Below, piece by piece: positions 1 to 14,900 of a stretch of 64,000 bases of DNA (positions within the stretch are counted from its first letter, which is position 1; every line of letters begins with the position of its first letter). This DNA comes from Daphnia carinata (taxonomy: Eukaryota), in the NCBI RefSeq assembly GCF_022539665.2, contig NC_081332.1:4092001-4156000 (forward strand). Reading direction: 5' to 3'. The notes under the pieces are model-generated. The model saw only the letters and a program-made list of their open reading frames with translations. It did not search any database and was not told the origin of the DNA. A program made the position numbers and the translations under genes.

Positions 1-433
1 TCGATTTACGTAGGAGGTGATGAGATTCCGGCGGGGACATCAGTTTCCATCTGCTCGTATTACCTTCACCGTGATCCAAAATATTTTCCCGATCCGGAAC
101 TTTATCAGCCAAAACGTTTTCTAGCTGAGCATGCAGAAAGGCGCCATCCGTATTCTTACGTGCCTTTCAGTGCTGGACCACGTAATTGTATTGGTAATTG
201 AATACTATATGATAATGAAATGTCAAAGGATTTATGTATAACCAGATGATTTCTTTTTACTTTCAGGTCAACGCTTTGCATTAATGGAAGAGAAAGCCGT
301 GCTGTCGGCCATCTTGAGAAACTTCCATGTCCAATCACTGGATAAAAGAGAAGAAATAGTTTTATTGGCAGAATTGATTCTACGCCCTCGTGATGGTATC
401 AGAGTTCGTCTCGAACCAAAAAAGAAGCAATAA
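1..433 (+). CDS. Cytochrome P450, CYP4 clan, last two exons (5'-truncated)
   Basis: Reads [18 protein letters not shown] (PERF-type motif), then the heme motif [11 protein letters not shown] / intron 194-266 / [19 protein letters not shown]. Stop TAA at 431-433. Confidence 0.95.
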
Positions 434-1111
434 TCGATTACGACAAAGTTTTAAAAAATAATGAAAACATTAGGGGCGATATTCTTTCAAGATAAAATCG
501 TTTTAATTATGTTAAACTGTGCAGCTACTAGAAAACATGTCGGAATTCAAGAATAAAGTGCAAAGACATACTTGATTTTACAGTTTGAGCAAATTTCCTT
601 GTGCAACAGTGCCGATTGTTCATAAATAAAATTTATTTTTCAAAATCAATATCGAAATTTTAAAACTTTAAACAATTGCTGTTAGATGTCGCATCGTTGC
701 ATTATTTACATATTTTTTACTTATTCAAGGTTTTTCTGGGCGGGAAGGTGCAGAGGAAGGGTTTACCAAGTGTTTCCTCGGCAGATATATGGCAGGCGCG
801 AAACCAGTTGTAAACTAGAATCTCATAAGTCATTATCACTTGCTTATTTTTATTGTGGTGCACAAGTGAAAGGGTGTGCAATCGTCATGGCTTTTAAGCT
901 TCTTTCACCACCATGCACTCGTTTGTCATAAAAGTTGCAATCGGCAAGTTGCCAGTCCCGGTGTTTTTGTCCCAGGGACTTTTTGTTACGTAAGTCTCGA
1001 TTAAAAGTTATGATCCACTGAACATTTTGGTCTTTTTATATTGGGACCAACATATTTTCATTTTTAGAGTTCAGTTTTGTCTTTGCATTCAACTTTGTGG
1101 TGCAATTCAAG

Positions 1112-4100
1112 ATGAAAATGTTTTGGATGCAACTAAGACAGTTGATGTGGAAAAACTTATTGATTAGATCCAGATCTAAGGTATATATGAGATTTTTATA
1201 TTAGCCCTCTTTACGTTTGTAAATGACCAAGTACACATGAAATTTTAGCTCAGAGTTATCACCGAACTTGTCTGGCCTATTATTCTGTTTGTCATATTAG
1301 CCCTTGTTAGGTAAATAATCTTTGAAGGATCTGTATTATCCGGTTTCTTTGTTATTAATGATCTGTTTGATATTTCCCTCACTTCAGGACCAAAGGTTTA
1401 AAGGACTACAAAAATGAATGTAATTTATTAAAGTTCCGTGATTTTTCTTCTTTGCTTTGTGAAAAAAATCCAATTTCTTGCATGCTTTCTTTTTCTCTTC
1501 AAGGTTTTCTTGAAGAGAAAGCTTTACCATCTGCTGGATCTTTGCAATTCCTACAAAGTTTAATTTGTACTTTCGACAATAATTGCCACAATGTTCCGCC
1601 ATCGACTGCTCGTTTTAGTGAAGAATTTAATTTCCAAACGTAAGTTGATACAATTTAAAGTTTATTTTTCGAATTTCCACATCGTTTTATTTTTGTCGTA
1701 GCATTAGAAATCTTGTTCGCGACTTGACAGACGTTTCCAAAAGGAGGATTACTGATGAGGAAGTAGTCAAAGGGTCTGGAGTTGCAATTGACGTCGCCGC
1801 TGCTGTAGCCTTCGCTTTCAAGTTATTGGCTGGTGGGTCTACACCTAAAGTATATTTCCCTCTAAAAAACATCGTCAACTGGGATGCTTTTCAGCGACTC
1901 GTAAGCTTAAAAAATGCAACATCAACATCGGCATTAAATGAGTTGATGGTGCACGTTCCATCGGTGGTAAGAGCAAAAAAATGCTTATCCTTCTACTTAA
2001 AGAAAAGTGCACTGCTGTATTATTTACATCGAAAGAAATTTCTACAGGATGTATTAAAAAATAATACAGAAAACCCACAGCAAGTATTTTGTGATGCTAC
2101 CGTTTTGAAATCATGGATCAGTGCCCCAGATGAGTCGACTCTGCAAACTTTTAGCCAAATTCTGTGCCAGTCTTCTACTGCTGAAATATTGCGCGTTGTC
2201 AACGGAACCTTAATAATCAACCAAGTAACAAATCTTTCCCCTTTGAAGTGTTGCTTCATTAATGCTGAAGTTAAATCGCTTTTTCATCCTTGATTGTTGT
2301 AGATCCAGCAAATTGTGGAAGACAATTTACAGCAACCTCTACACTTGGGAGACTGGGCCAATCTTGGTCGTCTATTGAATACCATTGTTTTGGATATTCG
2401 AGATTTGAATTCCCTCTCCATGATATTCAAGTAAAAATGTTGATCTTTAAAGAATTTTCTAACCATTTAATTAACCGTGAGTATCTTTTTTACGTAGCGA
2501 ATTTAACAACACGACACTAGGAAAGTTATCTAACCAATTGTGGAAATCAAGGGACGTAGAGATAGGGAACATGACATCAACCATGGCGTTTTTTAATTCA
2601 ACTGCAAACATTCTATGCGGGAAGAATTCTTTGATTCGAGGAAAAAAATCAGATTTTCCTGATGGACCCCAGTAAGGTGTATAGGAATTTTTCTTTTTAT
2701 TGTGTAATTTTCTAGAATTCCTACGTTCGTAGGTCAAATCAATTTAGACAAAGACTTTTCAAATCCCAAAGTACTAATATAACTCGATCGGGCCTTACGG
2801 CATCGTGCGCACAGCTTTTTATCGGCTTGCAGCAAAATCCGTTGACGCGTCTGGTTCTCCAGTTGTTTTATCCATTTATTCGGTAATTCAAAACTTTGTT
2901 TTTGTTTCGTTTCTAGTAGAATTATTGGTGATTGTGAAAATTCCCTTTCCAGGGGAAAGATTATCTATGCCCCCAAAACTCCGGCGTTTGACAGCGTCAT
3001 TCATCTAGTCAATGAGACATTCCAAGATTTAAGGATTGTACAGCGTTCCGCAGAGAGATGGTTGACTGAAATTTCACCTTCCATCAAGCGTTTTCTTGAC
3101 CAATTGGATCCTGGAATGATCAAAAACATTACCGAAGTCATTACTGAACGCTTTCCTGTCGTAGCTAATCTAACATCTTCAATAACAAATACTTCCGATC
3201 AAATCATATTGTAAGTTAAATCCAAAAAGATTTTTACTGCCTTCCATTTATTTGGTTTGTTTGTTTTACAGAATAAGGAAAACGTTAGTCAAGCTGGATT
3301 TGGTCGCTAATTTAATCATTACTTATGTAGAAGTAAGTTTACTACTTAAAAGCTTTATTAGCAGATAATTGATTTGGTGTTTTTGTTGGCAAAGTGCTAC
3401 GAGTTCGATAAATTTGAAGGCTTCGATACTGAAAAAGAGGCCGTCGAACGTGGAATGGATTTGATAGACACCGGTGGATTGTGGGCAGTATTAGTATTCA
3501 AAAATCAGAACGTGGATCTCGCATCACAAAACCTTCCACACAACATAACTTACAAATTACGGTAATTAAGCACTTTTAAACTTTCCCATCTTGGTTCTCA
3601 TTTAGTTCCCTTCTTGTAGCATGGACAGTTCTAAAATCGATAGCACAAAACGGTTACGGGATTTCTTTGAAACGCCAATGCCACGGACGAGTCCCACAAG
3701 GGACATGAAATATTTCACGTCTGGGTACATTTTCCTGCAGGATAAGATAGAACAGGCTATTATCAAGCTGCAGACAAATCGAACCCAATTGCCCGGAATG
3801 TATATGCAACAATTTCCGAGTCCTTGCTACACCTACGATACGTTCTTTATGGCGATTGCGGGCCTGTTTCCGCTTTTTATGGTACTCTCTTTCGTTTATA
3901 CCTGCGCAATGATTGTCAAATCCATTGTTCGTGAGAAAGAGCGGCGTCTCAAAGAAACCATGAAAACAATGGGTCTCGGAAACGGCGTTCATTGGTAACA
4001 TTTGTCCTTTAGTTAATAACGTACTAAGAACTCATACAGCATTAATAATTTCGCAGGATGGCCTGGTTTATCGATAGCATGTCATTTATGCTTATTTCCT

Positions 4101-7100
4101 GCGTACTGCTCTCGATGATCCTAGTGGTAATTTCTTTTTCTAAGTGTTGCGTGGTATATCCTTTAATTTCTAATTCAATTTTTGTAATTGCAGTTTGGCC
4201 GAGTGTTAGAGAATTCAAATTTTCTCGTGGTGTTCATTTTCGTTTTGAGTTTCAGCATTGCCACAGTCTGCTTCAGCTTCTTAGTCTCAACCTTCTTTAG
4301 CCGGGCAAACCTTGCTGCTGCCTGCGGTGGATTCTTCTTCTTCGCCTGTTTCCTTCCATACAACTTTCTCAACTTAAACGGTCAAGACTATAGCCTCTCG
4401 ACTTTGGTCCTAGCGGTAATTTCAAGTATACAAGTACTCGCTTGGTATTCTGGTAAAATCATTATTGTTGTTCTTTAGAGTTTATTTTCCGATGTGTCCT
4501 TCGGGATTGGATGCTGGTATTTTGCAAGTCACGAACAAAGTGGAGAGGGTGCACAATGGAGTAATATCGCTGTCAGTCCCAAGGATGGCGATGCATATTC
4601 TTTGTTGGGATGTATCTTGATGATGCTGTTCGACGCTGTTCTCTACCTAGTGCTGACGTGGTACATTGAAACTGTGTTTCCAGGTTCGAATCGTTCTACG
4701 CATTGGCCCAAAGTATTTATAATCAAATGAAATTTTTCTTGTTTCTGCTCAAGGCCAGTATGGTATTCCCAAACCGTGGTATTTCATGTTTCAGCCTTCC
4801 TACTGGTGTTCAGAAAAGCGCCGAAATAGTACGGTTGGGATTGTTCAAGCACATGCCGAAAGGGGTTCGATGATAGAAATATTTATTGTCATAAAAGTTA
4901 ACACAATATTACGGTTAATTTCTTTTTCTTTTGAAAAATGTTAGATACCGAGCTTCTTGAAGTGGAGTCGAGGGATCTGATGGCTGGAGTCAGCATCCGT
5001 CATCTCGGAAAAACGTATGCCAACGGAAAGGTCGCGCTTTCTAATCTTAATCTGGATTTTTACGAAGATCAAATTACTTCCTTTCTTGGACACAATGGAG
5101 CAGGGAAAACAACAACCATGTAAGCGTTTTGCGCTAACTACTCATTTATTATTTTCTTCATCAAGGCATTTTGCAGTTCTATTTTGACGGGACTTTTTAC
5201 TCCGTCTTTTGGCACCGCAACAATCAACGGATTGGATATTCGTTATCAAATGGATGAAATTCGCCACCAGCTTGGAGTATGCCCACAACATAATGTTCTA
5301 TTTGACCAGTGAGATTGTTTCCTTCAATAACAAATATTTCGTTATAGAACAAATTCAACAATGAATATTGTATGTTGCAATTCAGGCTAACAGTGGAGGA
5401 ACATTTGCGCTTCTATGCGAATTTAAAGACGGGGGAGCAGATTGAATCACGGAAAGAAATTGACAAGATGATCGAAGATTTAGGGTTGTCTCATAAAAGG
5501 CATGATATATCAGAACACCTTTCCGGTGGAATGAAAAGAAAACTATCAATTGGAGCCGCTTTCATTGGAAATTCAAAGTGAGTACATTTTCACAAACTTC
5601 TTTTTGATTCAGTTGTTTAACTGTCAATTAAACTACAGAACGGTGATCTTGGACGAACCCACAGCAGGAGTAGATCCTTATTCTCGGCGGTCTATTTGGG
5701 ACATTCTTTTAAAATATAAAGAAGGTATAATCCAGATTGCTTCATTGCATTAACGTTTCCTCTAAGAGTCTTGTAATATGTTCACTTCATAGGCCGAACG
5801 ATTATTTTAACAACTCACTTCATGGATGAAGCTGATCTATTAGGAGACCGTATAGCGATCATTTCGCAAGGACAGTTGAAGTGTTGCGGCTCTTCCCTCT
5901 TTCTTAAGCAAAAGCTTGGATCCGGTTACTACCTTACGGTCGTGAAGAAAGATGGGCAAAACGTTTCAGTAGGCAACGCTCCGGTATACTAGGAAAATTG
6001 ACTGTTGATATTCAACAATGAAGAAGTAAATTTTAACTCGTCGTAGGCAACTGGAATTCCAATTTCCCAAAATTCAACTGAAACTGACGTGGAAAGAATT
6101 GTGAATGCGGTGAAACGAGACATCCAGAATGCAAGCGTAGTGGAGAATGTAGGGTCTGATATTGTGTTTTGCCTTCCCGAGTTTGACAATGCAGGACATC
6201 GCCAGCGCGATAAGTTTCCTCGCCTTTTTGACAACTTAGATTTGAATATGGAACAGCTTCAAGTGGATAGCTATGGCGTTTCTGATACAACACTTGAAGA
6301 GGTAGCATACCCTGCACTGATGCTTGTTAAATTATTGACCGTTTTTCTTAAATAATTCCTGGAATCTCATTTTATATTCAGATATTTCTGAAGGTAGCAA
6401 ATGACCCATCAGAAGATAATGCTACTACCGCACTGGAAACAAATCAAGGTAACTATTCAAAAATTCTTTTCTTCGTGTTTTTATTTGAGTGATGTGTTGA
6501 AGTTTTTTTTTTTTTTTTTTTTTTTTATTCGTGTACCCTACGTAAACTATCGTATTTTGATTGCGATACCGGGTGTTTTGATGTATGTTTGTTGCGTTTG
6601 TTGCTTGCTTTTACCCTTTGCACAATTTTTACCTCGCAGTTACGTCCGGTGCTCTACCTGTGTTGAAGTCTTTGCAAAGAATAGGAACTCGGGAGTGTGT
6701 ATGTGAGTATTTCGTTATCATTGTTCTTTTTTTTTGTTCTTAACGTCTTGTTTTGTCGCTTAAGGAACTATACTTGTATTTAGTTTGTTTATTTAACTGA
6801 TTCTAGTTAGTAACATCTTTCTTCATGCATTTTAGATGAGGAAGTGCCTCAGATAGAAGGAAATGATACTTCTGATACCTTCAACCTTCTTTCCTCAGAA
6901 AAATTAACGGGATCGGTATTGATTTGTCAACAGTTTATCGCTTTGTACGTGAAGAGATTCTGCAACTCAAAACGAAACTTGAAAGGATTTTTTTGCGAGG
7001 TAATTTTCTACGAAATATGTACACTTGCCTTACAGTTTGATCGCCCGTCTTTCATTTATACTTGTGGACTAACGGGGTACGAATGCTTTTTATCTAGATT

Positions 7101-10100
7101 GTGCTGCCTGCATTATTAATCATTATCAACCAATTGACCACCATGTCCTTGAGTGCCATTTCGCCTGAGCCGGCTCTTGAACTTTCCCCGTGGCTATATG
7201 GGAAATCAAATGTTGCATTTTACGCAAATGAAAATCCCAACGAAGTTTGGCCAGCACGTTACATAAAGAATATGGTAAATGAAACTGGCATGGGTGCTTT
7301 TTGCAAAAACGACGATATGAATAGGTATACATTTTCCCAACATTTTCGTGAAGAGAGTAACTAACGTTTTGGTTACTAGGCTACAATGTCACAGTAACAT
7401 AACAAAGTTACTTAATCCGCTCGTAAATCCAGCCGATTATCAAGATTTCCAATGCCCTTGTAGCATGGGTATTGCTTCCTGTCCCAAAAATTTGACATCG
7501 ACAGAATTACCGAGATACAGGTCCGTTTCAGCTGACGACTTCATCGATGTTACAGGGAAAGATATATCCCTTTGGATAATTCGAACCTACAAGAAATTTA
7601 AAAAGTTTAGGTAGGTTTGTTCGCTTACAACAATATTTCCGCTTCTCATTTCCCTATTTATTTTAATCAGGTTTGGTGGATTCGAATTTGGGCTTCAAAA
7701 TCCGTTTGGCAATTTAAATTTAACCTTGTTTTCACAAGATGTACAAAATCTACTGGGCGCTTTGAGATTTCCATTACCTCTTCAAGCAAACGCATCTGGC
7801 GAAATCCTCAATTTTGAAAATCTTGCACAGCTCCGCGGGAGTTTTGATAAAGTTAAAGTAAGGTGATATTAAATTTTTCTATTTTCGTGGGTCTAAAGAA
7901 GAAATATTGTCAATAGGTTTGGTACGACAACAAAGCTTGGGCGTCGTCCGTTTCATATTTGAACGCAATAAATAACGTAATTTTACGTTCATCGTTGCCA
8001 TCGTCGAAGAATGCTACGTTCTATAGTATAACCGCTATAAACCATCCTATGAATTACTCATTTAAACAGCTGGAAGACAGATTTTCGTAACTATGCCCTC
8101 TTTTAAAAAGATTCAATGGTGGTGGAATAATATGCGTTATTTTGTAGGAGACAAGTGGGCATCAGCGTTCTACACGCGATATCAGTCATATTCTCCATGA
8201 GTTTCGTTCCAGCCTCGTTTGTCATTTTTTTGGTGGAAGAACGTAAATCCAAAGCAAAACACTTGCAATTTGTGTCCGGAGTCAAACCCATAACATTTTG
8301 GGTTGCAGCCTACACTTGGGATATGGTTTGTTCTATCAGTTTTTATTACCTTCTATATCTTAAGTCAGTAATCGAATTCTACCACTTTGTGTCACCGTTT
8401 CAGATCAACTATTTGATCCCATGCATATTGGTCATCTTAATTTTTGTGGGGTTTGATCAGCAAGCATATATTGGCCCCAAGAATATCCAAGGGATGATTC
8501 TGTTATTGGTCCTCTATGGGTAATTATAATTAAAACATCCTCAGTAAAATTTTGGCTAGTAATAAATGAATTTGTGGTGTTTTCTTTTAATAGCCTCTCA
8601 GCTATCCCTCTAATGTATCCAGCCAGTTTGATCTTTTCCGTTTCAAGCTCCGCCTTTGTGGGTTTGGCGTGCGCTAACCTTTTCATTGGAGTAACCACTA
8701 CTATTTCGTCTTTCGTTCTCCAACTTTTCGACGATGTGGTAATACCTTAATATTTTTACGAGATTCAAAAAGTAGTGGTTCATCTGAATTCTTAACATTT
8801 ATTTGCAGGAATTGAAACTGATTGGAAGTATACTTAATGAGGTTTATCTCATCTTTCCTCATTATTGTCTCGGTCGTGGTATGATTGACATGGCACAAGT
8901 TCACTTCACTACCGAAAGGCTTGCGCTTCTAGGTATCTATTTTTTCTGTCCTTCAGAACCATACGAGTAAACTTAAATTTACTCTTTTTCTTATGCAATA
9001 GGAGTCAATTACCAGAGAAACATCTTCGAGTGGGATTATCTTGGTCGCTACTTCTTGTCCATGGTTGTTCAGGCTACTCTCTTTTTCACTTTTACAGTGA
9101 TGTTGCACTATCAGGTGCTCCCGGAACGTGTTGTACGATATTTTCAGGTATTGTTGCTTTATGATTTTATTTTTCTATTTGTTCACAATATTTCGTAAGG
9201 GTCCGGTTTGTCTTTTACATGATAGACAGTACAACTTCCTCCATTACACCTTGAAGATGAAGATGTCGCCCGTGAACGTGAGCGTGTAGAACGGAATGAC
9301 GATTCAACAGACGAACTACGATTATTACGACTAACCAAGGTGAAACGTTATTCTTAATTCGAAGGAGTATTGGACAGATAATGATTTGAATTAATTTTTT
9401 AAAAATTTAGTTATATGGTCGTAGTAAAGAGCCAGCTACGAACAGGTTGTCTTTCGGGCTGAGGAGAGGCGAATGTTTTGGGCTTTTAGGCGTTAACGGT
9501 GCTGGAAAATCAACAACTTTTAAGGTGAGTTGTTGCTTATTTGGGTTTAGACATTACGCGTGTATCAATAACATTTGAAACAGATGCTGACCGGTGATGA
9601 AACGGTTACCAGTGGTAATGCCTTTGTTGGTGGCCATAGTATACTGTCAGACCTGAGAGAAGCGCAACAAAATTTAGGTTCGTCTTTATTAGATTAAGTA
9701 ATTTAAAGTAGTGCATTTACAATTTAATTAAACATTAATAGGTTATTGTCCTCAAGAAGATGCTCTGTTATCCTTGCTTACTGGCACTGAGCATTTGAAA
9801 TTATTTGCTATGCTTCGTGGAGTTCCAAGGAGACATATGAACAAGGTAAATACTTCTCCGAGATACTTCGAACACGGGAAATGTACTTTCATGCGTTTTA
9901 TCAGGTTATTACGGATAGTTTAAAGAAACTAGGTCTTCTTCCTTACAAGAATCGTTGCGCTGGCACCTACTCTGGAGGTAATAAACGAAAGCTGTCGACC
10001 GCTATCGCTTTAATCGGCAATCCTGCTGTAGTTTTCCTGGTAAGTTTCGCAGAACCAATTGCTAAAGATAAGTGCAGGTTAGTAACTGTTGGTTCTTTTC

Positions 10101-10945
10101 TGTTTTAGGATGAGCCGTCAAGCGGGATGGACCCTAAAGCACGTCGTTCATTATGGTCAGCTATTATTGACGCTTTGAAAGATTCGCGTTCTATCCTATT
10201 GACTTCACACTCAATGGAAGAGTGTCAAGTTCTCTGCACTCGCCTGGCCATTATGGTTAATGGGACGCTACGTTGCCTGGGCTCGGCTCAGCACCTGAAA
10301 AATCGGTATAGCTGATATTGTTTCATCTGTGGAAGCTGATACATACATTTAAACACTTTTCAGATTTGGCAACGGCTACATGATCAGTGCACGGTGTGAG
10401 GTTGAACATATAAGTGACGTTCTGCAGCATGTCCAGTTAGCCATACCGGAGGCACGTTTGCGCGAACGACGATCCCGTCAATTGATTTGGCATATACAAC
10501 CCAACGTACTTTCCATATCGGCCTTGTTCAACAAAATGGAGGCTGCGCGAGAAACAACCAACATGGTAAGTGGTTATTTCCTATCCCTTTTTTTGAGAGT
10601 AATAGGCATCTATGCTAATCTTCTGGCATGCCGTTTTCGTCCAAAGGTGGACTATTCTATTACTCAAACTACTCTGGATGATGTGTTTGTTCGATTTGCA
10701 CGACTTCAACGGGAAACGAATGAGGAATCAGAGGAGAATTGTGAACAAGGTCCGTGAATGAAAGTTTATTCAAAAGTTGATCGACAACTAAACTTTATGG
10801 ATTTTTCTTTCCTTTTTTTATCTTTCATTCACTTTACGGCATACGGATTTTCGTAGGGTTTGACGATTTACCCTTGCATTCTCGGAATGTGGCTGGCCTA
10901 GCTAATCAAGAGTTGTATGCAGTCTCGGTCAGCTCGGAATTGTGA
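1112..10945 (+). CDS. ABC transporter subfamily A (ABCA1/4/7/12-like), paralog 1, multi-exon
   Basis: N-terminus [56 protein letters not shown]1: [34 protein letters not shown]2: [29 protein letters not shown]. Tail [17 protein letters not shown]. The exons I checked join in frame across GT-AG introns, and there is a probable 5'UTR intron near 990-1067. Confidence 0.95.
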
Positions 10946-11999
10946 AGTATTTCAAAAATAAGCGTCGCAATCAAAAATTTCTTTCTCATTTTCACTTCCT
11001 CGGTGTTCGTTTATTCTTCTAATCAATTTTTAAAGTTCGTGGTCTTTTATCCATTCGTTTACCCACGCCCTATTTAAATTTTAATATCTTCATTACCTAA
11101 TGTTGTCGAACTTGTTCCTACCCTATAAGCGCCCATAGACCAATTTCCAGTGAAACAAAGGATAAATATTAATAGGATCTTATACCAACGTTAACGTTGT
11201 GGTTTTATCGCGTTTATTAAATTGAAGACAATTTCAAGATTTAAGCAAAGATTGTCGTGCTTCTACTGGTAACCTGTCAAATAGCAACGCCTTCCGCTTC
11301 ATTTTTACACGGCAAACTTGTTGCAATGTCCATACCTAGGCGGTAGGATGATACATTGCTTATCTCTGCCACGAAAAGTGAGTGATGGTAAGCGATCGCA
11401 CGGACAACTGTAGCCGTCACACGTGAATTTCAGCCAATACCACCATTGATTATATTATTATTAGAAGACTGTGACAAAGATGTTATTTAACATCTGAAGC
11501 AAACATTGACTGATGGTCTGGATTTTAAAGCAAACTTTAGACTAGAGACGAAGTCTTAATATTTTTCCTTTTTATCTTAAACTTTTTGATAATATGATGA
11601 TCAAAATGTTACGAGACTATGCCCTCCCTGCCGCCATCTGTTCTAGTGACATATTTGGAATTTCGTTTTGTTTTACTACGTTCTGGTGGCGATTATCATG
11701 CTCTTTTGTAATACGTAACGCATCGAACTAAAAGAGATTGTTTATCGCATATTGCCAAGAACGGATATAATTCAGATAATAACGTTGGGCATGATGTAGA
11801 TGCGTGCTTACTTGTTTGTAGTCTCAAACCAAGTACGTTCAAACCCTGAGCTATCACTTCTATCGTGGACCCTGTCTCGACTAGTAGTGCAAAACGTTCG
11901 GTAAGATTTGATTGGAAAACGTCACGCGGCTTTTGCGATTACGCTAATAGTTCCTTTAATTTTCTATTGCAGTACTAACCGGTACGAGCCCGCTCCAGA

Positions 12000-14900
12000 A
12001 TGTTTTTTTTACAACTTCGTCAGTTAATGTGGAAAAATTACCTTGTGAGAATCCGATCAAAAGTAAGACACCGTAAAAAATGTTTAAAGTGGATTTAACT
12101 ATTAATGCGTTCTTTTATTGTTTTTATTAGGCACGAGTAATCGCAGAAATTATCTGGCCTTTGGCTATATTTATCATACTGGCTCTTGTCCGACTGGAAG
12201 GTCTAAAGCAATACCAAAAAGAATGTAATTAAAAATAATTTGCATTTTAATTGTTGAGCATTTCAAAACATTTGTTTCTTTATGTGTTTGAATGCAGGTT
12301 ATTTGAAAGAAAAAGCTTTGCCTTCAGCGGGCTCCGTTCGATTTTACAAAAGCCTCATCTGCACACCTATGAACTGGTGTTACAATGATTACCAAAATTA
12401 CACTGATCTCTTTGATGAAACTGTGGAGTTCGAACGGTAACTAGAAGATGATGAGGCGTTTTCATTATTTTGTTCTTATCGATTTTGTGTCACAGGGCCA
12501 GGAAGCTGATTAGTCAAATGGAAAATGTCCTGATAAAGGGATCCGCAGACGCTGAGGTATCTATTTAAGATAAAGTTTACGTTTCCATATGTGTTTGACT
12601 CATCGTTGACGTATACCTTTGCGCTTATGTGTATCTCTGCGAAGGCTGTAGGCAATTTAGGTTATTCTTCCGCTCTAAAACAGTTATCTGTATGGGGCTC
12701 TGATGGTGCCTACGTAGGAAGTTACGAAAATGGACAATCGCCGATTTCTACCAACTCTTTACTGCAAAACTTTACTATGGATATTCTTCCATCACCAGAT
12801 AGCAAAGGAATTTTTGACGCAGTAAAGAGGAATGCAACTCTATCGACAATAGGGAAATTCAATTTCTCGAGTGGGATATCTGTCGTATCTCTTGACAACC
12901 TAAACGCCGAATTTCAACGTTTGGATTCAACATTTTCAATTTTTAAGTGAGTTCCATCCTTTTTTTAAGGTTTGCCTAATTCATAATTGGTTTTTTTTTT
13001 TTTTTTTTTTTTATAATAGGGAAATTTCCAATTCAGAAATAGGAAAGTTTGCTGAAAGACTATGGGTTTCAAGAGATAAAAGTAACATCGACAATGAATC
13101 AAACTCGACTTCCATTGTACCTGTCCTTACAACAGTATGTGGTGCTAATCCGCTACCTCCGAGTTTCTACAGCTCAAGAGCAACGCCAAGACTTTCCAAG
13201 TACATGCAGTGAATTATGTTTTTGCATACGCGAGGGTTCTTTTATCCAAAATTAACCTTCATACAGGAAAAGACCGAATAATTTTGAAAGAAACTCTCCC
13301 TTGAAAACGGAAGACAATCTCCCGCAGATTTGCACTGATCTGTTTGCAACTTTGCAGAACAATTCGCAAACTGAAGCACTGTTTGAGTACATCTATCCGT
13401 TTATTAGGTAAATGTTACATTCAATTCTTCTTAAAGTAACAACGAGCCAAAAATGCTGTAATGTTTTATTTCATTTTGTAGGGGGAGACTCGTTTACGCA
13501 CCCAATACACCTGCGTTTGCTCGTTTGGTTGAAAAGGTGAACACTACTTTCCAGGATATAAAAACTATTCAAAACTTGGCTAACGGTTGGCTGGAAATTT
13601 CACCCAACATAAGTTCTATGTTGAACAACCTCGAAGAGACCATTATTGAAGCCATGGATAACTTTGAAAATTCTACGGAGATTGTTGCAGTTTTAGAAGA
13701 GGCCCTTAAACGGGTTCAGAGGTAAAATCTTGGTGTTCACTATTTTAAATATGTTGTAATGTTTCGATTGGTCGTTGTTTGCAGCATCCAAACCACTTTA
13801 CTGCAACTAGACGCCCTCGCCAGATTTTTTAGCGTGTATATAGAGGTAAGGGAAAATTTACTTCTTGCAGCAAACTTCTTCCTCCTCATCTTAATCCCTA
13901 ACTCTGCTTAGTGTTACGAGTTCGATAAATTTGAAGGGTACTCTACCGAAGAAGAAGCAGTCGTTCGCGGCCTCAATTTGTTGAACGAGAATCAATTATG
14001 GGCTGTCATTATATTCGACAGCGCCGACTCCAATTTCACATCAGAGGATGAACTACCTAAACACATATCATACAAGATAAGGTGTGAATATCCCTGTAAA
14101 TTAGTTAAGTACCATAGAACTCACTTTTTCTCTTGGTACCACATCAGAATGGACAAATTTGTTATCGACACAACCGAAAGGATAAGGGATTATGTGGAAA
14201 CACCATTACCACGAAATGATCCTCGCGCTGGACATATAAAATATTTTACCTCGGGCTTTATATACTTACAGGATAAGATTGAGCACTCAATTGCTGCACT
14301 CCAATCTATGAGTGAAACTTTTCCTGGGATGTTTATGCAACAATTTCCGGGTCCTTGTTTTGTCTTCGACACATTTCTTTTCGCTATTGGACCTAGCTTT
14401 CCACTCTACATGAATCTAGCATTCGTCTTCACTTGTGCCATGATTATCAAATCAGTTGTTTATGAAAAAGAGCGCCGGCTCAAGGAAACCATGAGGACAA
14501 TGGGACTGAGTAACGGAGTCCATTGGCTTGCGTGGTTTATCGACAGCCTTCTCATTTTGCTCTTCGCCTGTATCCTGCTTCCACTTATTATCTACGTGAG
14601 TATTTTCTTTTTTCCTCTGTTTTCGTCCACTAACAACTACTCGTTTTCTGCAGTATGGAAACCTTTTGGAAAAAACGAATCCGTTCGTCGTTTTTGTTTT
14701 CCTCCTAAGTTTTAGCATCGCGACCATTTGTTTTAGCTTTTTGGTTTCAACTTTCTTCAGTCGAGCTAATCTTGCTGCAGCATCGGGAGCTTTTATCTAT
14801 TTTCTTTGTTACCAACCAGCTAGTCTCCTCGACTTGGGATTCGAAACCTCATCATATGCGGCAAATCTTCTATTGGTAAGAACCATTGTTGTCGAATCGA

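Noticed and set aside
6503..6526. Poly-T tracts (also ~12991-13012 and ~32927-32942)
   Set aside because: They are simple homopolymers with no target-site duplication or retroelement body.
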